DNA of 64,000 nucleotides. It comes from Patescibacteria group bacterium. GTDB taxonomy: Bacteria > Patescibacteriota > Patescibacteriia > Magasanikbacterales > GWA2-37-8. Both the position numbers and the translations under genes were made by a program. Shown in pieces: positions 43,453-53,057 of this stretch (position 1 is its first letter; each line of letters starts with the position of its first letter). Location: positions 1-64,000 of the forward strand of contig SCQK01000004.1 of assembly GCA_004321885.1 (NCBI GenBank), in the 5' to 3' direction. The notes under the pieces were generated by a model that had not been told where the DNA came from, searched no databases, and worked only from the letters and a program-made list of their open reading frames with translations.

Positions 43453-45897
43453 TTGCTTCGCCACTTCATGGCTCGCAATGACAGCGACACAATGGCTAAG
43501 ATACAACTGCGCCGGTGCGCTCTTTGCCAAGAGCCCGGCCACAACAAATCCACCTGCCCCCAGCGGCACGATTTTGAAGTAGCCAAGCCCTCCGCGGCCC
43601 TGCATTTTTTTGTGCACCACACGAACCGCGACTCTTCCCCTTCTCCGCACGTAGTAAACCTCAAAGAAAAAGAGGAGCTCTGGCGCGACATAGAATCTTG
43701 CGAGCCAGAACACGGCCCGAAAAATGACGACTATTATTTTTATCACATCAAACACGCTGGCCACGACGACCCGCGCCAAACCCCGGTCGTCAATATCCTG
43801 CCGCAGGACCTGGACGCGCCCACGCCGCGGCCCTTGCCCAAAAAAAGCCAGCCCAAAAACGACAAAAAATTTTTCTCTGGAGCCGTGAGAAGCTTTAGGA
43901 AAACGTTTACTCCGGCGCGGGCCGCAGTCATTGTCTCTATTCTCACGCTGGTCGCGTTCGCCCCGTCCAGCGCGCAAAATTACTATCTAAGCGTGAAGTC
44001 AACCGCGGCCACGGCGGCCGAAAGCGGCGCCGCCGCTTTTTCGGCCCTGCGCGATTCCACCGCCGCCATTATGAGCGGCCAGCTGGACCTGGCGAGGAGC
44101 GCGCTGGAAAACGCCCTGCGCAATTTCAATCTGGCAGTGGAAACATTAAACAGCAACCATCGTTTTTTACAAACCGCCGCCGCCAGCCTGCCTATTGTGG
44201 GCCGCGACGTTTCGGGTAAGCAAAAACTGCTGCTGGCCGGCCAAGCCATTGCCCGCGGCAATGCCGAGCTTTTGCAAGGCGCGACGGAAATGGAGCGCGC
44301 AGACGCTGACCTGGCAAAAAAACTTAACGGCCTGGTGTCTTATATACAGCTATCCGTGCCGGAATTTCAAAAGGCCCTGGCCAGCCTGAAGGACGTAAGT
44401 GACGACAGCCTGCCGGAAAATTTTCAGCCGGCCCTGCAAACCGTTAAATCGGTTTTTCCCGCGCTGGTAAATGATTTAAGCGACATCGCGCGCCTGGCCC
44501 AATCCATTTCCGAAATTTCGGGCGCCCGGGGTTTGCGCCGCTATCTTTTAATTTTCCAAAATCCAAACGAAATCCGGGCTACCGGCGGATTTATGGGCAG
44601 TTTCGCCCTGCTGGAAATAGAAGACGGCAAAATGCGCAATCTGACGGTGCCGCCCGGGGGTTCATACGACCTGCAGGGTCAGCTGGACACCTACCTGGAG
44701 CCGCCGGCGCCCCTGCTTCTTTCCAACAAGCGCTGGGAATTTCAAGACGCAAACTGGTTTCCGGATTTTCCGGCCAGCGCCCAAAAAATTCTTTGGTTCT
44801 ATCGCCACAGCCGCGGCATTACGGCCGACGGGGTCATTGCCATAAACGCCACTGCGCTAAACCGCGCGCTTGAGCTCACCGGGCCCGTGGCGGACAAAAA
44901 ACGGGGGCTGATTTTGGCCAAAGACAACGCCCTGGACGTCATTTCCAAGGTGGTGGAATTTGGTCCGGAAAAGAAGGACAAAAAACCAAAGCAGATTTTA
45001 TCCGACCTGGCGCCAATTTTCGCGGACTATTTTCAAAATCTTAAAGCCGGCGAAACCCTGCCCGCCCTGTCCTCCCTGCTTGACGCCTTGCAAAAAAAAG
45101 AAATTCAGGTATATTTCAACGACAAGGCAACGCAGAACATTATGGAAGAATTCGGCTGGGCCGGCAAAATGGCGAATACCTACCCGGACCAGGATTATTT
45201 AATGGTGGTTAATTCCAATCTGCAGGGTCAAAAAAGCGACGCGGCCATTTCCCAGCTGGTCAGTCACCAGGCGGTAGCGCAAGCCGACGGCAGTATCATA
45301 GACAGCGTGGTGATAGAACGAAAACACAACGGCGTCCCCGGCGAACCACTCTACGGCCAGACCAACATAGATTATATCCGCGTCTATGTGCCGGCCGGCA
45401 GCGAACTCAAGAGCGCCAGCGGTTTTGTCTGGCCCGATGAAAAAAAATTCAAAGCCCCGGCCGCCTTTTATCAAAAAGACGCTTTCCTGGCCGGCCTGGA
45501 AAAAGAAATAGCCATAGACGACAGGTCTGGCACGCGCGTAACCGATGAATTCGGCAAAAGGGCTTTCGGCAACTGGCTCATCACCGAACCGGGCCAGACC
45601 AGCCGCGTGGAATTCGTATATCAGTTGCCTTGGCTGGCTTTTGCCGCCGATAAAGCAAACTCGCTAAAATGGGCGGAAAAAATTTTTGGCGGAGCAATTT
45701 CGGCCCGCTATCAGTTGGTGGCTCAAAAACAATCCGGGGTGGAGTCCGCGTTTGAAAGCCAATTTATTTTCCCGGCCGGTTGGACGCCGGTTTGGCGCCA
45801 GGGCGAAAATATGACGTTGGCCGGAAACGGCGCCGATGTTTCCCAAACTATGTTGGACACGGACAAGATTTGGAGTTTGGTTTTAGAAAAAGAATAA
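43453..45897 (+). CDS. DUF4012-domain membrane protein with N-terminal CCHC zinc-knuckle-like motif
   Basis: CALCQEPGHNKSTCP (C-x2-C-x4-H-x4-C), TM AAVIVSILTLVAFA, then YLLIFQNPNEIRATGGFMGSFALLEI, the DUF4012 signature recalled from CPR and actinobacterial cell-envelope loci. Confidence 0.6.
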   Translation: MLRHFMARNDSDTMAKIQLRRCALCQEPGHNKSTCPQRHDFEVAKPSAALHFFVHHTNRDSSPSPHVVNLKEKEELWRDIESCEPEHGPKNDDYYFYHIKHAGHDDPRQTPVVNILPQDLDAPTPRPLPKKSQPKNDKKFFSGAVRSFRKTFTPARAAVIVSILTLVAFAPSSAQNYYLSVKSTAATAAESGAAAFSALRDSTAAIMSGQLDLARSALENALRNFNLAVETLNSNHRFLQTAAASLPIVGRDVSGKQKLLLAGQAIARGNAELLQGATEMERADADLAKKLNGLVSYIQLSVPEFQKALASLKDVSDDSLPENFQPALQTVKSVFPALVNDLSDIARLAQSISEISGARGLRRYLLIFQNPNEIRATGGFMGSFALLEIEDGKMRNLTVPPGGSYDLQGQLDTYLEPPAPLLLSNKRWEFQDANWFPDFPASAQKILWFYRHSRGITADGVIAINATALNRALELTGPVADKKRGLILAKDNALDVISKVVEFGPEKKDKKPKQILSDLAPIFADYFQNLKAGETLPALSSLLDALQKKEIQVYFNDKATQNIMEEFGWAGKMANTYPDQDYLMVVNSNLQGQKSDAAISQLVSHQAVAQADGSIIDSVVIERKHNGVPGEPLYGQTNIDYIRVYVPAGSELKSASGFVWPDEKKFKAPAAFYQKDAFLAGLEKEIAIDDRSGTRVTDEFGKRAFGNWLITEPGQTSRVEFVYQLPWLAFAADKANSLKWAEKIFGGAISARYQLVAQKQSGVESAFESQFIFPAGWTPVWRQGENMTLAGNGADVSQTMLDTDKIWSLVLEKE

Positions 45898-45907
45898 CTA
45901 TAATTTT

Positions 45908-47803
45908 ATGGAAAAAGACCCCCGATTTGTCTCTAAATCTTTGGACAATCCGGAGGAGCCGGCCAAAGTCATAAAACCGCGCCGAAAAGTGACACGCAAA
46001 AAAATCGCGCCGGTCAAAAGGGTGAGCAAAAAAGAAAGGCAAATCAATTCCCAGCTCACTTCCATATACAGCGACGCCAACGGCCGCATCCCCAGCATGG
46101 ACCGCATTATCATCAAACGAAATCATCCGCTGGTGAAGATTTTTTTCTTTCTGCTCGTCGTGGGCGGGGCCCTGGCCGCGGCGGCCTGGTCTGGCCTTTT
46201 GGTTTTGCCGGAAAAAAAATTCGCCGAAGAAAAAGTGTCGCTAGTCGTGCGCGGGCCAATGGCCGCCGCCCTGGGCGCCACCACCACCTATACTATTGCC
46301 TACAAAAATGACCAAAACGCCACTCTGAATAACGCGGTGCTCTCGACGCAATTTCCCAAAGACTTTGTTTATCTCTCCAGCGAACCAACGGCCCGCAACT
46401 CGGGCAACAGCGAATGGCAGCTGGGCTCGGTGGGCCCGGGCGAGGGCAGACAAATCACGATTACCGGCCTGCTCTACGGCCGGCCCGGGGGCGAGCAGTC
46501 GTGGCGCGTCTTTCTCACCTACCGGCCGCAAAACATGAACTCTGACTTGCAAAAAATCGCCATCTACAACGTGGCCGTGGAAGAGGCCGGCGTGTCGCTC
46601 GCTATTGCCGGACCGGCCAAGGCTGTCTTGGGAAACAAAGCAGAATATACTTTCCGCGCCACCGCCGCCGACAAATGGCCGGCCGGCAAATTGGAGCTCC
46701 AGCCAATCCTGCCGGATAATTTTTACCTTGTTTCTTCCTCGCCGGCTTTGGATAAAAACAAAATTTGGACCATTAAAAATACGCCCGCGACCAGCACTAT
46801 TGTTTATAAAATCGCGGGCAAGTTCAGTACTTCCTCGGAAAACGCGGCGGTCATAAAAGGAACCCTGTCGCTGGCGGCCAAAGAAACCGGCCGGCTGTTT
46901 GAGCTGGCCAGCGCCGGCGCCGACACCCAGTTGGAAGACAACGACATCAGTCTTAATCTGGCAGTCAACGGCTCCACCGGCAATATGAACGCGAGCCCGG
47001 GAGAACTGCTCAATATGTCGCTGTTTTTGAAAAATATGACGCGGCTGGAAATGAAAAACGCGGCCATCAAGTTGGCGATAGACGCGCCTTCGTACAAAAA
47101 ACAAAGCGTGCTCAACTGGACGGAAATCACCGACGAACTGGACGGCGTCATCAGCGGAGCCCAGCTTGGAGATAATGTGCGGCGGGGAGAAATCACCTGG
47201 GACAAAGCCAAATTGCCCGCGCTGGCCAAACTAAAGCCCAATGACTCGGCGAGCATAGACGTGCGCCTGCCCATCAAAGACAGCCAGGCATTCGCCTTGG
47301 CCGAACTGAAAACCTTTGAAATAAAAATCGCGGCCGAGCTGACTTACACCGACAACAACAACAAAACGCAAGTCCTGGCTACCGCTCCCATCGTCATCAG
47401 ATTAAATTCCGACCTTAAGTTAGAAGTGCGCGATACCATCACGAGTGGCGACGCGGCCAAAGAAGAGCATAAAGCCGTGTGGGTGCTGACCAATAATTTT
47501 CATCCGGTGAAAAACATAAATATATCCGCGGATATCTACGGCCTGATTGACTGGTTTGGCGGCAATACCTCCACGGTGCCGGCCGGCCAGCTGACCTACG
47601 ACCCCAAGGCGCAAAAAATCACGTGGACCGTAAACGAGATGCCGCTTTCCGTGGATACCCTGGCCCTGCCGTTTACTTTCACTTTGAAGCAAAAAAATAC
47701 CACGCAAAAAGTGCTGGTATCAAAGGCGCATGTGCAGGCCGTGGATGCGACCACCGGCGAAGCGCTTGATTTTATGGGCGATGCCATCGGCCTCAATCCT
47801 TAG
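45908..47803 (+). CDS. hypothetical membrane-anchored protein with repeated beta-rich extracellular domains
   Basis: 631 aa, N-terminal basic region and TM. No confident family. Confidence 0.5.
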   Translation: MEKDPRFVSKSLDNPEEPAKVIKPRRKVTRKKIAPVKRVSKKERQINSQLTSIYSDANGRIPSMDRIIIKRNHPLVKIFFFLLVVGGALAAAAWSGLLVLPEKKFAEEKVSLVVRGPMAAALGATTTYTIAYKNDQNATLNNAVLSTQFPKDFVYLSSEPTARNSGNSEWQLGSVGPGEGRQITITGLLYGRPGGEQSWRVFLTYRPQNMNSDLQKIAIYNVAVEEAGVSLAIAGPAKAVLGNKAEYTFRATAADKWPAGKLELQPILPDNFYLVSSSPALDKNKIWTIKNTPATSTIVYKIAGKFSTSSENAAVIKGTLSLAAKETGRLFELASAGADTQLEDNDISLNLAVNGSTGNMNASPGELLNMSLFLKNMTRLEMKNAAIKLAIDAPSYKKQSVLNWTEITDELDGVISGAQLGDNVRRGEITWDKAKLPALAKLKPNDSASIDVRLPIKDSQAFALAELKTFEIKIAAELTYTDNNNKTQVLATAPIVIRLNSDLKLEVRDTITSGDAAKEEHKAVWVLTNNFHPVKNINISADIYGLIDWFGGNTSTVPAGQLTYDPKAQKITWTVNEMPLSVDTLALPFTFTLKQKNTTQKVLVSKAHVQAVDATTGEALDFMGDAIGLNP

Positions 47804-48731
47804 CATCCAAAAATTTTTCAACCAACTCTTCGGCCTTTTTTGGGTCGCTTCCCTCAATCCATTTTATCCTCTGGTCGCGCTTAAACCATGTAATCTGGCG
47901 CTTGGCGTAATTTTTTGTGTCTTTTTTGAGCGTCGCCAAGGCCTGCTCCAAACTCATCTCGCCGCGCAGATAATAGCCGATTTGCCGGTAGCCGAGCGTG
48001 CTCATGCTGGGCAAATCCCATCCGTATTTTTGCTTGGTTAAGCCAGACACTTCTTCAAGCAGGCCGCGCTTAATGTATGAATCGCATCTTTCCTCTATGC
48101 GCTTTAACAAAATTTCTTTGGGCCAGTGAAGGCCGATTTGCAAAACGTCAAACAAGGGCGCGCCCTTTTTTCTTTGCGATGAAAATGACGCGCCCGTGAT
48201 TATTTGCACTTCCAGGGCGCGAATCACGCGGCGCGGATTTTTGAGGTCAATTTTACGGGCGCCGGCCGGGTCAAGTTGCCGCAACAACCTGGCCAACTCG
48301 TCCAAACCCTTGCTTTCCAGACTGCGGCGCAAATTTTTGTTTGGCGCGATGGCCGGGATGTCAAGATTGTCAATTAAAGACCAGAGGTAAAGGCCGGTGC
48401 CGCCCACGACAATCGGCAATTTCCCGCGCGCGCTGATATCGCGGCAAATTCTGATTGCCGCGGACTTAAAATCAGCCACCGTGTAATTTTTGCCCGGGTC
48501 TATGATGTCCATCAGATAGTGCGGCACGGCTTCCACGAAATACGCTTTGTGCCGGCCGTGGCGGCGCCACTCGCCCACGGGCTTGTCCGTGGCAATGTTC
48601 ATTTTTTGATAAATCTGCCGCGAATCAGCCGAAACAATCTCGCCGTTAAATTTTTTGGCCAGCGCGATGCCCAGCTCGGTTTTGCCCGAAGCCGTGGGCC
48701 CGACAATGGCGATGATTTTAGGAAGAGACAT
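47793..48731 (-). CDS. miaA: tRNA dimethylallyltransferase
   Basis: P-loop IIAIVGPTASGKT, SADSRQIYQKMNIATDKP. Start set at M28. The upstream extension is encoded by the repeat at 48738-48852. Confidence 0.85.
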   Translation of the reverse strand: MSLPKIIAIVGPTASGKTELGIALAKKFNGEIVSADSRQIYQKMNIATDKPVGEWRRHGRHKAYFVEAVPHYLMDIIDPGKNYTVADFKSAAIRICRDISARGKLPIVVGGTGLYLWSLIDNLDIPAIAPNKNLRRSLESKGLDELARLLRQLDPAGARKIDLKNPRRVIRALEVQIITGASFSSQRKKGAPLFDVLQIGLHWPKEILLKRIEERCDSYIKRGLLEEVSGLTKQKYGWDLPSMSTLGYRQIGYYLRGEMSLEQALATLKKDTKNYAKRQITWFKRDQRIKWIEGSDPKKAEELVEKFLDAKD

Positions 48732-48737
48732 AGGTCG

Positions 48738-48852
48738 TTCCCCTCCCCTTGATATCTGCGGATATTTACTCATTCGTTCGGAAGTAAAAGTATAAACTTT
48801 TACTTCACTCACTCATTTCGTAAATAAGGGGAGGGTTAGGGAGGGGTAAAAT
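48738..48852. repeat. composite RPE-like palindromic element spanning the miaB 3' end and the miaB-miaA junction
   Basis: ttcccctccccttgatatctgcggatatttactcattcgttcggaagtaaaagtataaacttttacttcactcactcatttcgtaaataaggggagggttagggaggggtaaaat. Encodes the miaB tail LPLPNPPLIYEMSE. Confidence 0.65.
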
Positions 48853-50139
48853 AATTTCACCCTTTAAGACCCAAACATCAGCGGAAGTAATCTTAACATC
48901 CAAAATTTTTCCAATCAAATTTTTTGCGCCGGCAAACTGCGCGAGCTTCATTTCCGAAGAGTTGCCCGAGCAAATCCCTGCCTCGCATTTGTCCGCCAAT
49001 ACCGAAACTGTTTTGCCGATGTATTTTTGATTTTTGCGATAAGTTGTTTCTTCCATCAATTCTTGTAAAATCTGCCAGCGGCGCTTTTTTTCTAGGCGCG
49101 GCACATCATCTTTGAAGGCCCTGGCCGCGGCCGTCCCACTGCGCTGACTATACATGGCCGTGTAGGAAATGTCAAAATCACACTCTTTGTACAGAGCCAC
49201 CGTGTTTTGAAACTGTTTCTCGGTCTCGCCGCAAAAACCCGCGATAATATCCGTGCCAATGGCGATACTTGGTTTGGCCTGGCGGATTTTTTTTATCAAA
49301 TCAATATATTGCTCCCGCGTGTACTGGCGATTCATCTTGCGCAAAATTTCATTATCCCCGCTTTGAACCGGCAGGTGCAGATAATTCACCTGCTTGGGCA
49401 GTTTCAGCGCCTCTATTTGCGCGTCGGAAAAATAACGCGGGTCCGCGGCGGTAAAATGCAAGCGCTCCAACCCAGCCAACTTATTCAGCTCTTTCAGTAA
49501 ATCGACGAAACTGTCCCCCTCCCCCTTTTTAAGGGGGAGGTTGGGTAGGGGTAAATCCGGATCGCGGTAATTATTCACCACCTGCCCGAGCAGAATAATT
49601 TCTTTCGCGCCATTTTCAATCGCTATTTTTACCTCGTTAATAATTTCTTTGGCCGGCCGGTTTTTCTCGCGGCCGCGCGCCTGCGGCACCACGCAATAGG
49701 TGCAATAATTATCACAGCCGGTCTGAATAGTGATAAACGTTTGAAATCTACTCGTTCGCGCCGGCGCCAACTCTAAATAATCTCCAAGGTCAGCGCCTCC
49801 CAGCCATCTTGACAGCACCCCCATTTCGTGTATCGGAAAATACAAGTCAACCCCTTTTAGCCTGCTTTTTAACTTCCCGTCTTTGTCGCGGCCCGGCATA
49901 CAGCCGGTAACAGCGATTGTCAAATCCGGCTTTTTTGCCTTAAGTTGGCTCCAATTTCGCACTAGCCCGTGAACGCGGTCTTCGGCGCTTTGGCGCACCG
50001 AGCAGGTATTGACAATTAGTAAATCCGAGTTTTCGGCTTTGGCGCTTCTGGTCATCCCCAAGAAATTCAAAAAACCGGCGATTCTCTCTGAATCGTTTTT
50101 GTTCATCTGACAGCCGAAGGTAACGAGAAAATACTTCAT
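48805..50139 (-). CDS. miaB: tRNA-2-methylthio-N6-dimethylallyladenosine synthase (radical SAM methylthiotransferase)
   Basis: MTTase N-domain FGCQMNKNDSE, radical-SAM CxxxCxxC (CDNYCTYC), TRAM domain. In-frame RPE-like insert [18 protein letters not shown] at 49511-49560. Confidence 0.85.
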   Translation of the reverse strand: MKYFLVTFGCQMNKNDSERIAGFLNFLGMTRSAKAENSDLLIVNTCSVRQSAEDRVHGLVRNWSQLKAKKPDLTIAVTGCMPGRDKDGKLKSRLKGVDLYFPIHEMGVLSRWLGGADLGDYLELAPARTSRFQTFITIQTGCDNYCTYCVVPQARGREKNRPAKEIINEVKIAIENGAKEIILLGQVVNNYRDPDLPLPNLPLKKGEGDSFVDLLKELNKLAGLERLHFTAADPRYFSDAQIEALKLPKQVNYLHLPVQSGDNEILRKMNRQYTREQYIDLIKKIRQAKPSIAIGTDIIAGFCGETEKQFQNTVALYKECDFDISYTAMYSQRSGTAAARAFKDDVPRLEKKRRWQILQELMEETTYRKNQKYIGKTVSVLADKCEAGICSGNSSEMKLAQFAGAKNLIGKILDVKITSADVWVLKGEIILPLPNPPLIYEMSE

Positions 50140-50537
50140 TAGTTAGACAGCTTCTTTTTTGGCCGGCTTCCCAACTGAATCCTGGATACCATCGCGTGAA
50201 TCCTATCAACAATCTGCCCAGCCTCATGTTCAATCGCGATTTCTTGCTGATTAATTCTTTGAGCCAACGACGTTCCTTTTTCCACAGCCTTTTTTTGCCG
50301 CTTGAGGTGAGTTTGATTTTGTCTCGCCTGCGCCTCGGTCCATTCTGCGGCCGCCAGCGCCAAAGCGCCCGCTTCAATTTCTTCCTCGGTCCATTTTGCC
50401 AGTTCAAACAAAGTTATCGGCCCATTTTTCTGGTCTATCTTTAACAGAATCTGTTTATCAACATTGTCCAGGGTCTCGTTTCTATTTATTTCGTCCAAAA
50501 TACCCGCGTGAAAAATATCGCCTGATTCTCCATTCAT
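50139..50537 (-). CDS. hypothetical protein
   Basis: 132 aa. No family recognised. Confidence 0.4.
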   Translation of the reverse strand: MNGESGDIFHAGILDEINRNETLDNVDKQILLKIDQKNGPITLFELAKWTEEEIEAGALALAAAEWTEAQARQNQTHLKRQKKAVEKGTSLAQRINQQEIAIEHEAGQIVDRIHAMVSRIQLGSRPKKKLSN

Positions 50538-50548
50538 ATTGTTCTACA

Positions 50549-52369
50549 TTATTTCCTCCCGCTGATTTCGGTTTTCAAGCGAGAGATAAAATTTTGTTTA
50601 GACATTTTTATCTGGTCCTTTTGCCCGCGCGCGCGAATCATCCACGGCTCGCCGCCGATTTCCTTGTCGCCCACCACCACCACGTACGGAATTTTGCGCT
50701 CGGCCGCTTTGCGGATTTTATTGCCCAAGGTTTCGTTGGCCTCGTCTGTTTCCACTCGTATGCCCGCGTCTTTCATTTCACCCTCAATGGCGCGAGCGCC
50801 ACCGACGTGCTTTTCCGAAACCGAAGCCAACAAAACCTGGACCGGCGACAGCCAGAGCGGCCATACTCCCCCGTAATGTTCTATCAAAAACGCCGTGAAC
50901 CGCTCGTGCGTGGACAGCGGGGCGCGATGAATGACAAACACCTCGTTATTTTCTTTGCCGCTTTCGTCCGTGTAACTCAACTCAAATCTTTTCTTGGCCG
51001 CGAAATCAAGTTGAATCGTTGACATCGTCTCTTCGCGCCCGACGATTGATTTGAATTGCACGTCAACTTTGGGTCCGTAAAACGCCGCTTCGTCGTCAAC
51101 TTCAACAAAATCCACAAATGCTTCTTGGAGAACTTCACGAATAACGCTTTCGCAAAATTCCCAATTTTTTGGCTCATTGATATATTTGTCCAGACGCTCC
51201 GGGCTCCACTTGGACAAACGAAACCAATAATTTTTTAAGCCGAAAATTTCAAAATATTTTATATTTAATTGCAATACATCCATGAATTCTGCCTTGATTT
51301 GATCTTTGCGGCAATAAATATGCGCGTCATTCATGGCCAAACAGCGCACGCGCAACAATCCGGCCAGGGTACCGGATAACTCATTGCGGTAAACCGTGCC
51401 GTATTCAGCCATGCGCAAAGGCAATTCGCGATAACTGCGTTGGTTATGTTTGTAAATCAAATGGTGGTGCGGGCAATTCATGGCTTTCAGATAATACGTG
51501 CCATCATCCATTTTCATGGCCGGATACATACTGTCTTTGTAGTACGGCAAATGCCCGGATTTAATGTACAGCTCTTCCTTGGCCAAATGCGGAGTTACGA
51601 CGCGCGTGTAGCCGTGTATGTTTTCCATCTCAATGGCTAACTTTTCTATCTCATTTCTTATCACAGTTCCGTTTGGCAACCACATGGCCAATCCTTTACC
51701 CACCATGTCATCAATAAAGAACAGGCCTTGCTCCTGCCCAATTTTGCGGTGGTCGCGCTTTTCGGCTTCGGCCAGCATGGCCAAATATTCGTCCAATTCT
51801 TTTTGCGAAGCAAAACAAGCGCCGTAAATTCTTTGCAGCATTTTATTTTTTTCGCTTCCGCGCCAGTAGGCCCCGGCCAATTTTGTCAGCTTGAACGCGC
51901 CGATTTCTTTAGCTGATTGCACGTGCGGCCCGCGACACAAATCCACAAATTTACCCGTTTTGTACAAAGATACAATTCCTTTTTTCGGCTTTTCGCCAAT
52001 CACATCGGCTTCGTCTTTCGTCACTCTTGTTGTTCCCTTTTTCTTCAAATCCTTTAACAATTCAACCTTGTAATCCTGCTTTTCTTTTTTGAAAAACTTT
52101 ACGGCGTCGTCAATATCCAATTCATTTTTTTCAAACAACAAATCTTTTTCAATCAGCTGGCGCGCCTTGATTTCTATCTTTTCCAAATCCGCTTCGCCAA
52201 TGGGCTCTGAAAAATCTATGTCATAATAAAAGCCATTCTCCACCACCGGTCCCACGCCAAACTTGGCCTTGGGATAAAGCTCTTGTACCGCGGCCGCTAC
52301 CACATGCGCGCACGAGTGGCGCATTGTCTCCAATTTTTTGTTTTTCTCGTACATATTTAATACAAACAA
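50549..52369 (-). CDS. thrS: threonyl-tRNA synthetase
   Basis: Second additional (editing) domain HSCAHV, class II motifs, C-terminal anticodon-binding domain. Confidence 0.88.
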   Translation of the reverse strand: MFVLNMYEKNKKLETMRHSCAHVVAAAVQELYPKAKFGVGPVVENGFYYDIDFSEPIGEADLEKIEIKARQLIEKDLLFEKNELDIDDAVKFFKKEKQDYKVELLKDLKKKGTTRVTKDEADVIGEKPKKGIVSLYKTGKFVDLCRGPHVQSAKEIGAFKLTKLAGAYWRGSEKNKMLQRIYGACFASQKELDEYLAMLAEAEKRDHRKIGQEQGLFFIDDMVGKGLAMWLPNGTVIRNEIEKLAIEMENIHGYTRVVTPHLAKEELYIKSGHLPYYKDSMYPAMKMDDGTYYLKAMNCPHHHLIYKHNQRSYRELPLRMAEYGTVYRNELSGTLAGLLRVRCLAMNDAHIYCRKDQIKAEFMDVLQLNIKYFEIFGLKNYWFRLSKWSPERLDKYINEPKNWEFCESVIREVLQEAFVDFVEVDDEAAFYGPKVDVQFKSIVGREETMSTIQLDFAAKKRFELSYTDESGKENNEVFVIHRAPLSTHERFTAFLIEHYGGVWPLWLSPVQVLLASVSEKHVGGARAIEGEMKDAGIRVETDEANETLGNKIRKAAERKIPYVVVVGDKEIGGEPWMIRARGQKDQIKMSKQNFISRLKTEISGRK

Positions 52370-52381
52370 TTAAAATTTAAC

Positions 52382-52560
52382 AAAAACCCCAATACTACTT
52401 AAAGTATCGGGGTCCTTCATTTTTGAAAGACGGTTCCACCCGAAGTTTAACTTTTACCCTGTTAAATCGCCCCATAGGGACGTCGGCCTTTGGCCGAATT
52501 TAACAGGGTTGAATTTGTAGATACTCCGAGAGTGGTTAGTTCTCGTGCAAACGTATCGCT
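52382..52560 (-). promoter_or_regulatory. T-box riboswitch leader (Thr specifier ACC) upstream of thrS
   Basis: Minus strand holds CGAGAactaACCactCTCG as a specifier-like hairpin with ACC-A. cGGGTGGAACCGtc matches the T-box core AGGGUGGNACCGCG at 11 of 14 positions. A terminator CCCCGATACT-ttaagt-AGTATTGGGG plus UUUUU ends 13 nt before the thrS ATG. Confidence 0.5.
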
Positions 52561-52768
52561 ACGCACGGTTGATGCAAAGATTCCTCATCTGCCTCACCGG
52601 AACAAAATTTTCTAAATTAATATCCATTATGTCAATTCCCACAACTTCGCCTTTTTTATTATAATCCACCACCACATTTCCCGCGATATCAGAATCAACA
52701 CTTTTTTCTTTTCTAAAGCGTATGGATAGAATGCGATCTTTTTTTATGAAATTGATTTTAGGCGCCAT
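52559..52768 (-). CDS. DUF2283-family small protein
   Basis: ILSIRFRKEKSVDSDIAGNVVVDYNKKGEVVGIDIMD matches the DUF2283 pattern. Confidence 0.6.
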   Translation of the reverse strand: MAPKINFIKKDRILSIRFRKEKSVDSDIAGNVVVDYNKKGEVVGIDIMDINLENFVPVRQMRNLCINRA

Positions 52769-52923
52769 ACTAGTGGAAAAATCTTTTTGGCAACGAATCT
52801 GTTGAAGCTTGTGCGATCACGGGCAATTTCGTCTGGACTGTTAATCGCGCCGATTACCTCTGTCCGCGATATACCCCGCTCGCGCATTCTTTTTATCGCG
52901 TGGGTAGTAAAACTGACCCGCAT
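52744..52923 (-). CDS. DUF4258-family small protein (missed by the ORF track; 59 aa), overlapping the DUF2283 gene by 25 nt
   Basis: Own translation: MRVSFTTHAIKRMRERGISRTEVIGAINSPDEIARDRTSFNRFVAKKIFPLVWRLKSIS. The H-A-I-K-R-M-x-E-R-G-I-S motif is recalled as the DUF4258 signature. Confidence 0.55.
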   Translation of the reverse strand: MRVSFTTHAIKRMRERGISRTEVIGAINSPDEIARDRTSFNRFVAKKIFPLVWRLKSIS

Positions 52924-53057
52924 AGGGATAAACTATCAATAAATAGCTAAATAGTCAACAGCTCTACTTCTTCCCTTTTTTTGCTTTCTTGGGCGCTTTT
53001 TTGGCCTTCTTCATCGGGCCGCAAGCGCATTTGCAGCATCCCATAGAATAAAGTTAA

